Positions 21,145 to 32,449 of a stretch of 64,000 nucleotides of DNA are shown here, in pieces. Numbering within the stretch: the first letter of the stretch is position 1; every line of letters starts with the position of its first letter. The notes below the pieces were generated by a model, which saw nothing but the letters and a program-made list of their open reading frames with translations, was not told the DNA's origin and did no database searches. The DNA comes from a virus (lineage: Duplodnaviria; Caudoviricetes): positions 80,549 through 144,548 of IMG/VR virus record IMGVR_UViG_3300014205_000181. One strand, given 5' to 3'. A program made the position numbers and the translations under genes.

Positions 21145-22611
21145 TTATTCTCTAATACGTTTCCGAATATCAGCAAGTGAATCATCAACTAAAAGAACTC
21201 CATTCTCAAACACTGATAGCATTTCACATTTTATCTCATGATCAAAAGAAAGACCATCAATACACTTAAATTCGCCGTCTTCCTTAATCACAGCAACACA
21301 ACCAGTATTAGATTTTTTAGTTCCATCATCGGTAGCTGGATTTTTATAAATCTGTTTTTCTTCTCCATTAATCTGGCACATAGTTGATTTCAGAGCAAAA
21401 CCGAAAGAGTCCTTAGTATTGTATTGGTATGTATAACTACCCACACCAAATACAATATTCGTTGAAGAAAAGCCTTTCTCCTTCAACCCATGACAAATAC
21501 GAGTACAGCGGTCAAGAGTAATAGAATCACCATAAATTGCCCCAATATGAGGATCTAGTACTTTATAACCCTTTTCATTTACTACGCCACCAAAAATATC
21601 CCAGAGACATTCAATCAGCCCTTTCTGAATCATCGGATTGCTAGAAAATTTATCACCGCAAATGATCTTAACTGGGTCGCCGGAATCAGGTCTAATCACG
21701 GCCTTTCCATCCCGCGCCATAATTTCACTTTTAAGTGGCTTGATAATATTTTCAACACAAGACCACAGGTTCCAAGTATCAGAAACAATACTCACGATAC
21801 CACTTGGATAAACCTCAGTTAATAGGCGTTTATAAGTATTAAATTCATTTTCGCCATCACCACCAGCACACATCACAGAATGCTCAGTGGCATTTACACT
21901 ACAGCCGACAAGTTCTTTTTCAATATCCGCATTATAGTATTCTTCGAGATGAAAAATTGCTGGAATCGTATCAGTACCAACGAACGAAAGTAAATGTCCT
22001 GCGCCACTAGAAGCGGCGGACTCAAGACAGCTCATTCCCCTCATAGAAAAATCATGAGCTTGGAATTGTACGAATTCAGGGTCTCCAGTTTCTTCAGCAT
22101 AAGAATCCAAAATGGTTCGATATTCAGAAGCGGTAGTCGCTGAAGTACTAGCCATCCATAACTCAGTAGAAAGAATAGTTTCTACAAAATTAGTCAGCCA
22201 AAAGAATCTAGGATTAGTATTTTCAATAGTTAACATTGGAACCCGAATTGAAACCTTTGTTCCCTCCGGCAATGACTTAATCAAAAGAGGCAAATAGCCA
22301 AGGTCGTGTAGGTCTTCAATATGCTGAGTATGTGGTTCCTTAATCCCAAGAGCAAATTTTAGAACGCGGGTGTATTCATTAAGAACTTCCTCCTTGCTCC
22401 GAGAAAAGAAATGTGTATTAAAGTAATTAATAAGATACTTCTTAACAAATGCCTGAATGCCAAAAACTACAACTTTATCTGTGGTGGGATGATACTTGTT
22501 GCTTCTGGGAGTCCAAGTAGAATAAACCTTTTCTGTCCCAATCGGATACTGCTCTCGGTGAGAAACCTTATAAAAATCACATAGAAGAGTTGCTGGATAA
22601 ATTGTTTTCAT
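21145..22611 (-). CDS. Nampt-like enzyme (NARP1 Namat candidate)
   Basis: DFYKVSH..QYP, HDFSMRG, ATEHSVM, SIVSDT, IRPDSGDP, IYGDSIT. Confidence 0.9.
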   Translation of the reverse strand: MKTIYPATLLCDFYKVSHREQYPIGTEKVYSTWTPRSNKYHPTTDKVVVFGIQAFVKKYLINYFNTHFFSRSKEEVLNEYTRVLKFALGIKEPHTQHIEDLHDLGYLPLLIKSLPEGTKVSIRVPMLTIENTNPRFFWLTNFVETILSTELWMASTSATTASEYRTILDSYAEETGDPEFVQFQAHDFSMRGMSCLESAASSGAGHLLSFVGTDTIPAIFHLEEYYNADIEKELVGCSVNATEHSVMCAGGDGENEFNTYKRLLTEVYPSGIVSIVSDTWNLWSCVENIIKPLKSEIMARDGKAVIRPDSGDPVKIICGDKFSSNPMIQKGLIECLWDIFGGVVNEKGYKVLDPHIGAIYGDSITLDRCTRICHGLKEKGFSSTNIVFGVGSYTYQYNTKDSFGFALKSTMCQINGEEKQIYKNPATDDGTKKSNTGCVAVIKEDGEFKCIDGLSFDHEIKCEMLSVFENGVLLVDDSLADIRKRIRE

Positions 22612-22635
22612 TTCCTTTCCTTTAATTAAATAAAA

Positions 22636-22866
22636 TCATAAGTTTTTTTCAAAAATTTCACGGTCGCAAATGTAAAGTTCATCATCTACACCACACATAA
22701 GATAATCGCCAGATTTTCCAAGTTTATAATCCCCTTCGAGCGTTTTTACCCTAAATTCTTTATTGACCTGTGCCGCTTTTACGGGAATTGGTCTTTTCAT
22801 ACATAGTCTAAAATCACCCGAAACTAATACATCTAAATCTTTAAGCCTTTCTGGGAACACGATCAT
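22636..22866 (-). CDS. small PGDYG-like protein
   Basis: TLEG...GKSGDYL..G...ELYICD.EIFEK; the end is probably frameshifted. Confidence 0.55.
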   Translation of the reverse strand: MIVFPERLKDLDVLVSGDFRLCMKRPIPVKAAQVNKEFRVKTLEGDYKLGKSGDYLMCGVDDELYICDREIFEKNL

Positions 22867-22878
22867 TTTGTTTTCCTT

Positions 22879-23646
22879 TTAATTAGTTTGTTCAATCCTA
22901 GGATGTTTAATTTCTAATTCAAAATCTTTATTGGTATAAACAATATCTACAAAATCAAAAATTTCTCCTTGGAAGATTGTATTTTCAACGTAAGAAACGA
23001 GCAGTCCAATTCTATTAACTCCTTTTTCTTTTAATAATTTTGCAATCCTAACAAATGTGCCTCCTTTGCTACAAATATCGTCAATTATTAAAACATTCTT
23101 TCCGCATTCACCTAGTAATTTTAATCCTTTTATATCCCCTGTTAGAAAATCTCTATCTTTTTTACCATACGAAATTTTCTCTTCACCGTTCCAATTGTAT
23201 CTTTCTTTTGCTCCATAATCCGGGAAGCAAATAGAATCAAAACCACCTCTAATAAAAATAGATTTAGCTCTTCCAATGCACCACTCTTCTACTTCAATAT
23301 TATTGATTAAATTTGTAGTAGCGGACGAATGTGGTTCTCTTACGATAACTTTATAGAAATTTAAAGAATTTATGATAGAGCAAATGGCTTTTAGGCTTAC
23401 CGCATAAGAACCGTTCGGCCTGTCCATCCTTGAATGAGGCATATATGGTAAATGTAATTCCGCTGGTGCATTCATTTCATCAAGAAAATTTTTAAGAATA
23501 GCTAATTTAATAAAATCATCGTCGTTTTGGTAAATTAACTCTACTACATTCGCCCGGTCATAAAATTCTAATTGGTCAATTGGTAGGTAATTTTCGCTAT
23601 TCGGAAATTTCCCGAACTCAACTTTATAACTATTCAGTTTTAACAT
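22879..23646 (-). CDS. PRPP synthetase-like enzyme (NARP1 Adps candidate)
   Basis: FPNSE, PYMPHSRMDR, EPHS, PDYGA, LIIDDICSKGGTF. Confidence 0.85.
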   Translation of the reverse strand: MLKLNSYKVEFGKFPNSENYLPIDQLEFYDRANVVELIYQNDDDFIKLAILKNFLDEMNAPAELHLPYMPHSRMDRPNGSYAVSLKAICSIINSLNFYKVIVREPHSSATTNLINNIEVEEWCIGRAKSIFIRGGFDSICFPDYGAKERYNWNGEEKISYGKKDRDFLTGDIKGLKLLGECGKNVLIIDDICSKGGTFVRIAKLLKEKGVNRIGLLVSYVENTIFQGEIFDFVDIVYTNKDFELEIKHPRIEQTN

Positions 23647-24771
23647 TTTATTCCTTTTAATTTATGTCCAAAGTGAACGGAAATATTTTCCAAAAAGTCT
23701 TAGCCCATTTTGGATTTTAGTTTGATGTTCAAGGTATCCTTCACGGTTAAAAACATGAGTGTCATCTGGGCCAGAAATCATTTCACTCAAATTAGGATTA
23801 TCTTTACATTCTTTCCATTGAATATCTATATTCCCCGTATGAAATTGATCTTCATCATCTGCATCACAAATCCTTTCAAAACTCCAGATCATTTGTTCAA
23901 GTACATAATCCCATCGCTTAAACCAATTTTCATCGGTGTCCCAAATGTTCTCTTTCTGAGTAACATAAGTGCTTTTTAATTCATCCGGCACATCTGCATC
24001 ATCAACATATGGTGCTCCATGTTTATCTTCACGGATTTTAATCAAGCAGGGCAGAATAATTAACGAAAGAGTACTGTCTAGCGACCACACATCGTATTCA
24101 TCTATGTGAATTTTTACTTTACGTTTTCGTTTAGAATATACCCATTCACAGAAGTTGTTCAGTTTTGTATTAGAAAGGTATTTCCCAATCTTATAGCAAG
24201 CGTCTTCAGAAAATCCCAAGTGCTGGAGAAGGTCTGATAGCTGGAAAACTCCCCAGTAAGTATAATATTTGCCAATTTTAACAAGCATTGTCAAGTCCTA
24301 GTTCTTTCTGTAATTTTAAATACTGAGCACGCTTCTTTTCCAACGCAGCCTCTTTCTTTTTATTTTCCTTGTTTATCCTTGATTGATATTCAATGTCTGT
24401 CTCTTCTCTATTATGGAGAATTACATAATTAACATTTTCATAAGAATCGTTTTCCATTATTGCTTTTTCTCCATATTTTTCAATAAGAGATTCAATAATG
24501 TTTTTAAATGACAAAAGAGTTAAAGTATCAAAATCATAGTCTCGGAAAAGAAATATTTTTTCTTCAATAATGTTCTTCATTTTATTTCTCACTAAAATAC
24601 TTATTTTCAATTTTCTCAATTAGCTCTTCTACGTCTTGATTAATTTGTACCCACTTCTGTTCTTGCTCTGGATTGTAATCTAACCGCAAAGATACCGAAT
24701 AAGTAAAATTACTCAATGAACTTAGTCCGTCTAGTAACTGTTTCTTGTAATTGAAGCTCATTTTGTTTCTC

Positions 24772-25638
24772 CTAATCAACCATCAATAAAGATTCTAATT
24801 CGTCTACTTGCGTTTGGGTTAATCCTTTCCCGGCATTCGCTTTACTTAAATAATCTACCAATTTATCCCTATACCCTTGGTCTCTTTGTTCCCAATTCAG
24901 GAAAAGAGGAATAACATGCATGGGCGGAATCCAATATCCTTTCTTAGCGTACTTCATACAGCGCAATGTGCTAGAAATGGGGCAATGAATATTCTTAATT
25001 CTGAGAAGTTTTTTCTTTTCATCGTTATCAAAATCTGCATCGACCATTGCTGTTGGAGGATCGTAAGAAATAACTCCACAACGAATCACCGTGAAATCAA
25101 AATTAGAAAGAATCTCCTCCATACTGCCAGTCGCTACAATGGCCCCTTTCTTAACTGGCTTAATTAACTGGATAATTGGACATGCGAATAGTGGATGGTC
25201 AGACGATTCGACTTTAGCAAATGTCATAGAAACATCGTTTTCATGTTTTACCGTCAGTTTATGCGTTTCTTTGAGAACTTTAACGAAAGTATTAAACGAA
25301 TCCTCTGTCTGTGAATAAATGTCACAATCTCCAGCAGGAGTGGGATTATGGTGCTTTGAACACATCCATCTAACATATCCGCCCATAATAAAATAATCTA
25401 AATTATTATCTTTGATTGTGTTTATTAACGGAAGAATTTCAAACCAACCCCGAATAATAGGCGCGTTAACAAACCCGCCTTGAGATAAATAAATATCTTT
25501 ATCCTCTGGAATTTCTTCTTCGTTTTTATTTGAATCAATCTCAAATTCGCTTAAAATATTATTTAGCGTAGATTGTTTATTTTGTTCTGCTTCTTTTACT
25601 AATTTTTCTTCCTCTTCAAACCAATCAGCCATTATCAT
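24772..25638 (-). CDS. nucleotidyltransferase (CCA/poly(A) polymerase head-like)
   Basis: GGYVR, GDCDIY, FDFT motifs. Confidence 0.7.
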   Translation of the reverse strand: MIMADWFEEEEKLVKEAEQNKQSTLNNILSEFEIDSNKNEEEIPEDKDIYLSQGGFVNAPIIRGWFEILPLINTIKDNNLDYFIMGGYVRWMCSKHHNPTPAGDCDIYSQTEDSFNTFVKVLKETHKLTVKHENDVSMTFAKVESSDHPLFACPIIQLIKPVKKGAIVATGSMEEILSNFDFTVIRCGVISYDPPTAMVDADFDNDEKKKLLRIKNIHCPISSTLRCMKYAKKGYWIPPMHVIPLFLNWEQRDQGYRDKLVDYLSKANAGKGLTQTQVDELESLLMVD

Positions 25639-26259
25639 AATTTCCTTTATTTAATCTAGAATTTATTCAGTAATGATAATTCATTACTCCACTCAAATCT
25701 TTTCCAGTACACCTTACACTCTGGGCAATGATAAAATGTTGCGCCGTCATATCCGCCACCTATAGTCTCAATAGCGATTTCTTTCCTAAAACATTTTTTA
25801 TTTTTCCATGAATACCCGTAACATGCTGACGCGATTTCAAATGCTTCTTGCTCCGATTTTCCTTTCTTTAGAAAGCATTCGTAAATATCTTCACCCCGGA
25901 AATCAAATCCACATTCGGGGCATTTATCAGTTTTGCCTATGTGTTTATTTATTTTCATATTTACCTTTAAAATTATATTTATGGAAGTAGCACATTGCTC
26001 AAGTCAGAAAAATCTATCACTCTGCAAATGCGAATATCTCTAATACCATAGACCATAGCATCAATCTCCCTACCACATTCAGGACATATTCCATTAACTT
26101 GTTCTGTTTCTATACACTGGTGGCCCCAATTACAGACATAATACTTTTATTGTTATCTTTTGCAGTAAAAGATCGCCCACGGCATTTTTCGTTCATATTA
26201 TCCCCTTTGACCGATGTTATTATTTCTAACACCTTAACACTTATCAGTACTTATGTCAA

Positions 26260-27195
26260 TCAGAAAATCATTCGCCTGATCAATTTCACATCTTCATCGC
26301 ACAAATCGGCAATATCCGAATTTTCTTTTCCATACTCAATGTAATTTATTTCATCAGCAAAAACAAGTTGAGATTCAAGGCGTTTAGAGGCTCTTCTTCC
26401 CGGATCATCATTATCAAAGCCTAAATAAAATTTCTTAAATCCCTTATCTCGGAGCTTAATTATTTGCGATTTTGAGAAGTTTACAGAAAGTAACGCCGCT
26501 GTTCCGTCTCCTAACCGACAAGAATTCATCAATCCTTCTACTAAAATAACCTTATCGGAATTACAATTATCTAAGTTAAATATTAAGTCTCTTCGCCTAG
26601 TAACCGCTTCATCATCGAGGCAAAACTGATAAGGAATTATATTTTTGCCATTAATAATAGAATTCCCTATGTAATTTACGAGTTTATTATTTTCATAGAC
26701 AGGCCAGATTATTCTGAATTTATTTCTGCCTGTCGTTCCGCTCCACATAACATCATACTTCTTTTGAATTTCCAAAAACGAAAATCTTCTTTTCTCTAAA
26801 TAATCCTTTGCCTCTTTAGGTAAGATAGATGTGAATGTACTTGGAAATTTTAAAACCGTATTTTGTTTTTCTTCTTGATTTTCTTGCTCTTCAATATTAT
26901 TTAAAATTTCTTGCGGTTCAAGCTCGTACTGTTTAAGGACTTTGTTTAATTTACGATAATCGCATTTTAAAGTTAATTTGATAAATTCATTTAAATTAAA
27001 CCCCCCGCAGCCCCAACAGTTCAATTTGCCGGTTTTTTCATTAGCAGCAGCGTGATAGTTATCCTTTCCGCATCTAGGACAAGTTTCAATTCCAATCCAA
27101 CCATTTCCACCTATGTTCTTGCCAGAAGTCTTATATTTAATATCATTTTCGTCAAAAAACTTTATAAAATTAAAGTTATTCATTCTTGCTGGCAT
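26260..27195 (-). CDS. DNA primase (Zn finger + Toprim)
   Basis: CPRCG..H..NCWGCG, ILVEG, GFDNDDPG, DIAD. Confidence 0.85.
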   Translation of the reverse strand: MPARMNNFNFIKFFDENDIKYKTSGKNIGGNGWIGIETCPRCGKDNYHAAANEKTGKLNCWGCGGFNLNEFIKLTLKCDYRKLNKVLKQYELEPQEILNNIEEQENQEEKQNTVLKFPSTFTSILPKEAKDYLEKRRFSFLEIQKKYDVMWSGTTGRNKFRIIWPVYENNKLVNYIGNSIINGKNIIPYQFCLDDEAVTRRRDLIFNLDNCNSDKVILVEGLMNSCRLGDGTAALLSVNFSKSQIIKLRDKGFKKFYLGFDNDDPGRRASKRLESQLVFADEINYIEYGKENSDIADLCDEDVKLIRRMIF

Positions 27196-29065
27196 TTATT
27201 TTATTTAAATTCAGCAATAGGTTCCTACAAAATTCATAAGCATCTCGCGTTGCTTTTGCCCGAATCGTCCTTTCTGATGGATCATCTTCAATCACCATGC
27301 ATCTTGTGTGTAAACTAGCTATTAATTCATCAAGAATAATAAGCGCTTCTTTTAAATCACCAAAATTTTCGTACATTACCTTTCCTCAATCTCAATTAAC
27401 TCTAAATCCCAACCATCCACAATCCCTGATTCCCAATCGGTTGTGATATTTGTATATCCAACCGTATATAATTTACCGTCTTTTACATCTTCAAGCCCAA
27501 TAATCCCTTCATCACACATAGATTCAGAAATCTCATCTTCAAGACACTGGCATTTATCACAACTACATGATTTTCTTTTCAACTCATTTAATCTAATAGA
27601 CATTCCGAAACCTTTAGTGGTCGGAAATTTCTGAACACTAGCTTTATATACTTTTCCTGTACATTGCGATTCGTGACCAGCATCAATTTTAAGATTTATC
27701 ATTCTTTAACCTACATTAAAATCTAAACACATGTACCCTTGTGCCATTAATTGCCATTCTTTAAAACGATATTTATCTTCATATCCATTTCCGTATAACG
27801 CCTTGACGTACCTTAGAGAATAAACAGCGGGGATTTGATACATTTAGATTCCTAATTTAAATTAATAAGATTAGCTACGGAAGAAATTTCTTTGATTTTA
27901 CGTTTAAGATATACTTCCAGTGGTTCATAAATATCTTCTTGGATTTCTTTCCTTTCATCATCGTCTTCTGACCAGATACAGAACCCAAGATATTCAATAA
28001 TTGCAGAATATCCATTTGTTTTAACGCTTAACTCAAATAAGTAATAATCAGGATATGTTTCTCCAATCGCATCATAAATTTCATTATTAATATCAAAAAC
28101 AATATCAGTTATTTCTTTAATGTTCATTTTATTTCTCTATCCTAAAAATCTTCCGTATAACTATCACCAACTAGCTTATATGAACTCACCTTTACCCCGT
28201 CTTCATCAAACGAATCAATATAATCATTATCTTCTTGAAACACTTCATCTTTATTAAAGTAAATTGATTCAGGAGCATCGCCATTAGAAGTTACGAAATA
28301 CTTTTCCTTAATCTCTTCCATTCCTTTTCTCCTGTTTTATCCGAGTTCAATATCTGCATGTTGAGAAATCTTATATTCATTTCCACATTCATCACATTTT
28401 TCTGTATCTCCTCTAGGATCTCCGCGCCACCCATCTTGCTTTGCATTACAATTCGGACAATTTATATAATCGGCCTTGGAATAAATAATTGTTACTTCTT
28501 CCATTACTTTTCTCCCTTATCCTATATGATATAATTCATCTGCATGTTTTAAAACCATAATAACTGCTTGGTTTTTAGTTTCAAATGTTCCTAATTCATA
28601 TGCTTGTGTTTCGTCCCATGCTGTATAGCCGTCTTCTTCATTGCCGGTTACGAAATTATTTACCCATTCTAATTTCAGATCCATTACTTTCCTCCCATAA
28701 TATCTTGCAATTCATAAATCTTATTTGCTATCTCAGCACAAATATCAATTATTTCTCCGCGTTTATGTTCAAGGCGTTCTGATAATTGCAACCCGTTGCC
28801 GTTACCGTTGCCTGTCGTATACATATTCCTAATATTGCCATAACATATTTCAAAATTATCAATATTTACCATGTCTTTCTGGGTCGTGATTTTCATTCTC
28901 ATTCTATTGCCTTAATTAGAACTAATTCTTTTACGGATATCTTGTTTACGTTCTTCATCGGCTCTTTCGTATGATACAATAAAATGAAATAATTCTCCTT
29001 GATCAAATTCACACAATTTCGCCAATACTGTTTTCACGATTTTATCTACTATTTCTGGGTGCATG

Positions 29066-29455
29066 TTAGTTATTCCTTTTTTCTAATGTATAACTATTAA
29101 ATTCATTACTGAACACAACGTTCTTTATTCCTGAAAAACTAATTGCAGCGGAGCAAATAGGGCACGGTTTCGCATTGGCTATCTTACCGTTCCTCAATAA
29201 CCTGACAACAATAAGAGAATGTATTTTACCTCTAGATTTCAAAATCGCAGAGAGTTCGGCATGAAGCTTAATTTGGTCTTTATGCCCATGTTTGTTAGCC
29301 AATTTGGACATAGCTGTATGCGTCTTAGAACTGTTCTGGCCGGTAGATAATACAGTACCGTGCTTATCAATTGCGATAGCGCCTAGTCTGAATTTTTGAT
29401 TATTCTTGGACGCTATTTCAATAGCCATATCTATGTAACGTTTGAATTTTTTCAT
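29066..29455 (-). CDS. cytidine/dCMP deaminase-like zinc protein
   Basis: HAE...PCPIC motif. Confidence 0.85.
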   Translation of the reverse strand: MKKFKRYIDMAIEIASKNNQKFRLGAIAIDKHGTVLSTGQNSSKTHTAMSKLANKHGHKDQIKLHAELSAILKSRGKIHSLIVVRLLRNGKIANAKPCPICSAAISFSGIKNVVFSNEFNSYTLEKRNN

Positions 29456-29461
29456 TGTGTT

Positions 29462-29490
29462 ATTGTACTAAATCGTGCTTATTTTGTCAA
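29462..29490 (-). promoter_or_regulatory. sigma70-type promoter
   Basis: TTGACA-N17-TACAAT just upstream of the deaminase ATG. Confidence 0.75.
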
Positions 29491-29815
29491 CGATTATTTA
29501 TCTTACTCACTTATCTTACCTTTTACATACATTTTCTTTGGAGAGAAGTAAAAATATTTTCCGCTCCAATTTGAACTGTCTTCCATCAAAGCAAGGTCAA
29601 GCCCGTTTTTAAAAAATACATACCAAATTAGTTTTAATATTTTCTGTTCTTTTAAATTATGAAATTTGTTCACTCTCAACATCAATGAGAAGAAACGAGT
29701 GGTTTGCAAAACATAACTGTATAAAAGATAAACACAAATAATTAATACAAACGAAATTAATGAGCAAATAATAGACCTTCCAACCCATAATGACAAAATA
29801 TCAAACGTATCCATT

Positions 29816-30127
29816 TTACTCCTTGTACTTATCAATAATATTTTGCAGATCAGAAAGGATTAATTGAGTAGAATTATTTTCGTCGGTTATTAATGTTCTT
29901 GCATCTTCATACCACATTTCTAAACAAGTCAAAAGAATTTCTTTGATTTTCGGCATATTTTGCTCCGGCGAATATGGCAAATCACATTTCAGATAAACTT
30001 CTTCAAGGTGTTTTTCCTTATCTGATACGTATTTAATGACTTCATCATATGTCCACTCCCCATTACGAATAGCCCGAAGTTGTTGCCTTCTTCCGTCTTG
30101 GTTAAGAACAAGTGTCCCTTCCGTCAT
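29816..30127 (-). pseudogene. C-terminal fragment of a phage Pol-beta-type nucleotidyltransferase
   Basis: L.AIRNGEW...EV...LP.SP resembles that family's C-terminus; no catalytic GS/DxD region. Confidence 0.45.
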
Positions 30128-31095
30128 TATTTGCTCATAGCGGCAATTTTATTAAATGCCACGCAAACGTCTAAACACATTTTAGAACAAATTTTATCTT
30201 TATGTGGCGGATTATTATACATCCATTCTTCTCTTTCTTTTCTCATATTCTTACCCACGACACCAATTGGATCTCCACCTTCGCGCATATAAATAATACA
30301 TGGGAAGTGATAACCACCCGCTACAGCCATATCATCAAGAACCAACCGACAAAGATTTTTACTGCCTCCTAATCCTCTAACATGTTCTCCATTTTGTACT
30401 TTGTTGGCTCTGTACTTCAAAATAGGATATTTATTAATTAAATTAGGAGAAACTTCTGTCAGCATTTTTAGTGCTTTATCATATTGGGCAGCAGGAATAA
30501 CTCTAATGTCTGATACTCCTAACGAATCAGCTAATCTTACAGTATTATGAGCATCATAAACATTGTCATCTGTAAAAACAACGCCTACAGTAACATAGGT
30601 AATTTTCGATAATTCTCGGATATTGTCAACTACTTTATTCCAAGCACCTGTTATCCCGCCTGTCATTTTATCCCCGATAGAGCAACAGCCGCTATCTAGA
30701 GAAATAGAAAAATCATTTACCCCACACTTGATTAAGTATTTATAATAATCAATATCTGCTGATCCATTTGTGGAAATAGCTATATTCTCTACGTTATTTT
30801 CTTTACAAAATTTTATTAACAAATCCAATCCTGGATATAGAGTAGGTTCCCCACCAGAAAAACGAACATTCTTCAATCCATCTTTTACCCAATATTTCAG
30901 TGTCTCCATAGCGGAATCAAACGGCAATTCTCCCGCTATATCAGAACGCAAACCACGACAATAAGGACATTTAAAATTGCATTCATCCGTGAGAATTAGT
31001 TCGCATCTCCACAAAGGAGAAGTAGCACTTGAATTCATGGCCCTGTCATCTGAAAGAGTGTAAAATCCGATTTCTTCTAATTTCACTTTATTCAC
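30127..31095 (-). CDS. radical SAM protein
   Basis: CNFKCPYC, FSGGEPT, ISTNG, SISLD; C-terminal Cys cluster. Confidence 0.9.
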   Translation of the reverse strand: MNKVKLEEIGFYTLSDDRAMNSSATSPLWRCELILTDECNFKCPYCRGLRSDIAGELPFDSAMETLKYWVKDGLKNVRFSGGEPTLYPGLDLLIKFCKENNVENIAISTNGSADIDYYKYLIKCGVNDFSISLDSGCCSIGDKMTGGITGAWNKVVDNIRELSKITYVTVGVVFTDDNVYDAHNTVRLADSLGVSDIRVIPAAQYDKALKMLTEVSPNLINKYPILKYRANKVQNGEHVRGLGGSKNLCRLVLDDMAVAGGYHFPCIIYMREGGDPIGVVGKNMRKEREEWMYNNPPHKDKICSKMCLDVCVAFNKIAAMSK

Positions 31096-32314
31096 CTAAA
31101 AGAAAAACTCATATCGTTGTCTTCCTCTTCAATTATTTTTGCTTCATATAATGTTTCAAAGTATCCGCACCAAAATGCAGAAATTGATTCTACTTTATCT
31201 TTAGAATTTCCAACGATTACTACCGAATAATCATCTTTATAATAGTTTGGCTTATCGACTTTTTCTCTATATCTACTATTTTTTGCTTGATAGTACGAAT
31301 AGTGCTCTTTGATTCTTTTTAAACTTTCTTTCGCATCATCCAGCGAGTCCCAAGAATATCCTACAATGTCGGTTTCTTCATGAGAGCCGAAATAATCACC
31401 TGTTTGATATGTAATTTCTATTGTATACATTATTCCTCCTTCAACTTCTGAATATTTTCTATATGGATAGCTTTCTCTGCTTGGCCTTGTGCGTGATCGT
31501 CAAATACTTTAGAGTTACATTCTGGACAAATACAGTAATTGTTATTAACTGTCCAGCCGTAGTGTTCTTGGTTTTCCCCTAAGAGGTAAGTGTTATCCTC
31601 TTCTTTACACAAGTCACATTTGAGGTGAATTGATACGCCCATTTTGTGGCCTCCGTGAATTTATTTTAATTTAGAAACCCTTACTTGGTTATTCCTATAA
31701 AATTTTTCTACGGTTATTCTTTTATTTATATCTGTACCGTCTGGATACAAACCCAATATTAATTCATTAATTGCAATCATATTATCATAATCTTGAATAA
31801 TATAATCAGAAACATACGCTGCCATTTGAAGTTTTATTAATTTCATTTTAATCTTTAATGAATTTTCGCCAGTTATTCCCAATTAAACCACCTATCCCAA
31901 ATCCAAAAAGAAACATCGAAAACAAGTCCATTTAGTACTATAACTAACATTTACGTTTCTAGTACAAGAATAATCTTTCTCACAAGAAGAACATGTTATT
32001 GTCGCGTCTCCGTCTGCTCCGTCTCCGAAATCAATTTCCCAGGAATCCCGTTCAGTTTTACCACAATGCGGGCAAACTGGTTCAAATGTATATTCTGTGT
32101 CGTATTGGTGCATATTAGTGTCTCAAAAATAAGAATTAATAACGTTTTCGGAAAATTCTTTCATTTCTTCAACATCAAGTATCATTGCATAATGCTGAAT
32201 AATTTGTTCAAAGTCGTGCTTAAAATGATCTTCATTAGAAACAGCTTCTGTGCTTACTTCAAACATCTTCATAACTTTACCGTTTATTAATTTAGTTTCC
32301 ATACTTAATCCTTA

Positions 32315-32368
32315 TTATTCCTCATCGTTATTGTTACCTAGCCATTCGCTGTCTAGGAAGGCTAGGTT
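32315..32368 (-). pseudogene. relic helicase extreme C-terminus (divergent allele)
   Basis: Translates NLAFLDSEWLGNNNDEE*, against the intact helicase end QPFLDSEFMGHSYEED*. Confidence 0.75.
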
Positions 32369-32380
32369 TACAAATAATAT

Positions 32381-32408
32381 TAAAGTTTTTATACTATTAT
32401 TCCGATAA
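32381..32408 (+). promoter_or_regulatory. sigma28-type promoter for tnpB
   Basis: TAAA-N16-TCCGATAA followed by GGTA, as in the three other copies. Confidence 0.65.
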
Positions 32409-32449
32409 GGTATTTATAGAAACGATTCATTCTCTGCAAAAGGATTAAC

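Noticed and set aside
26549-26580. TCCGATAAGG inside the primase gene, and GCCGATAA at ~44620 and ~48855
   Set aside because: All are intragenic and lack a correctly spaced TAAA.
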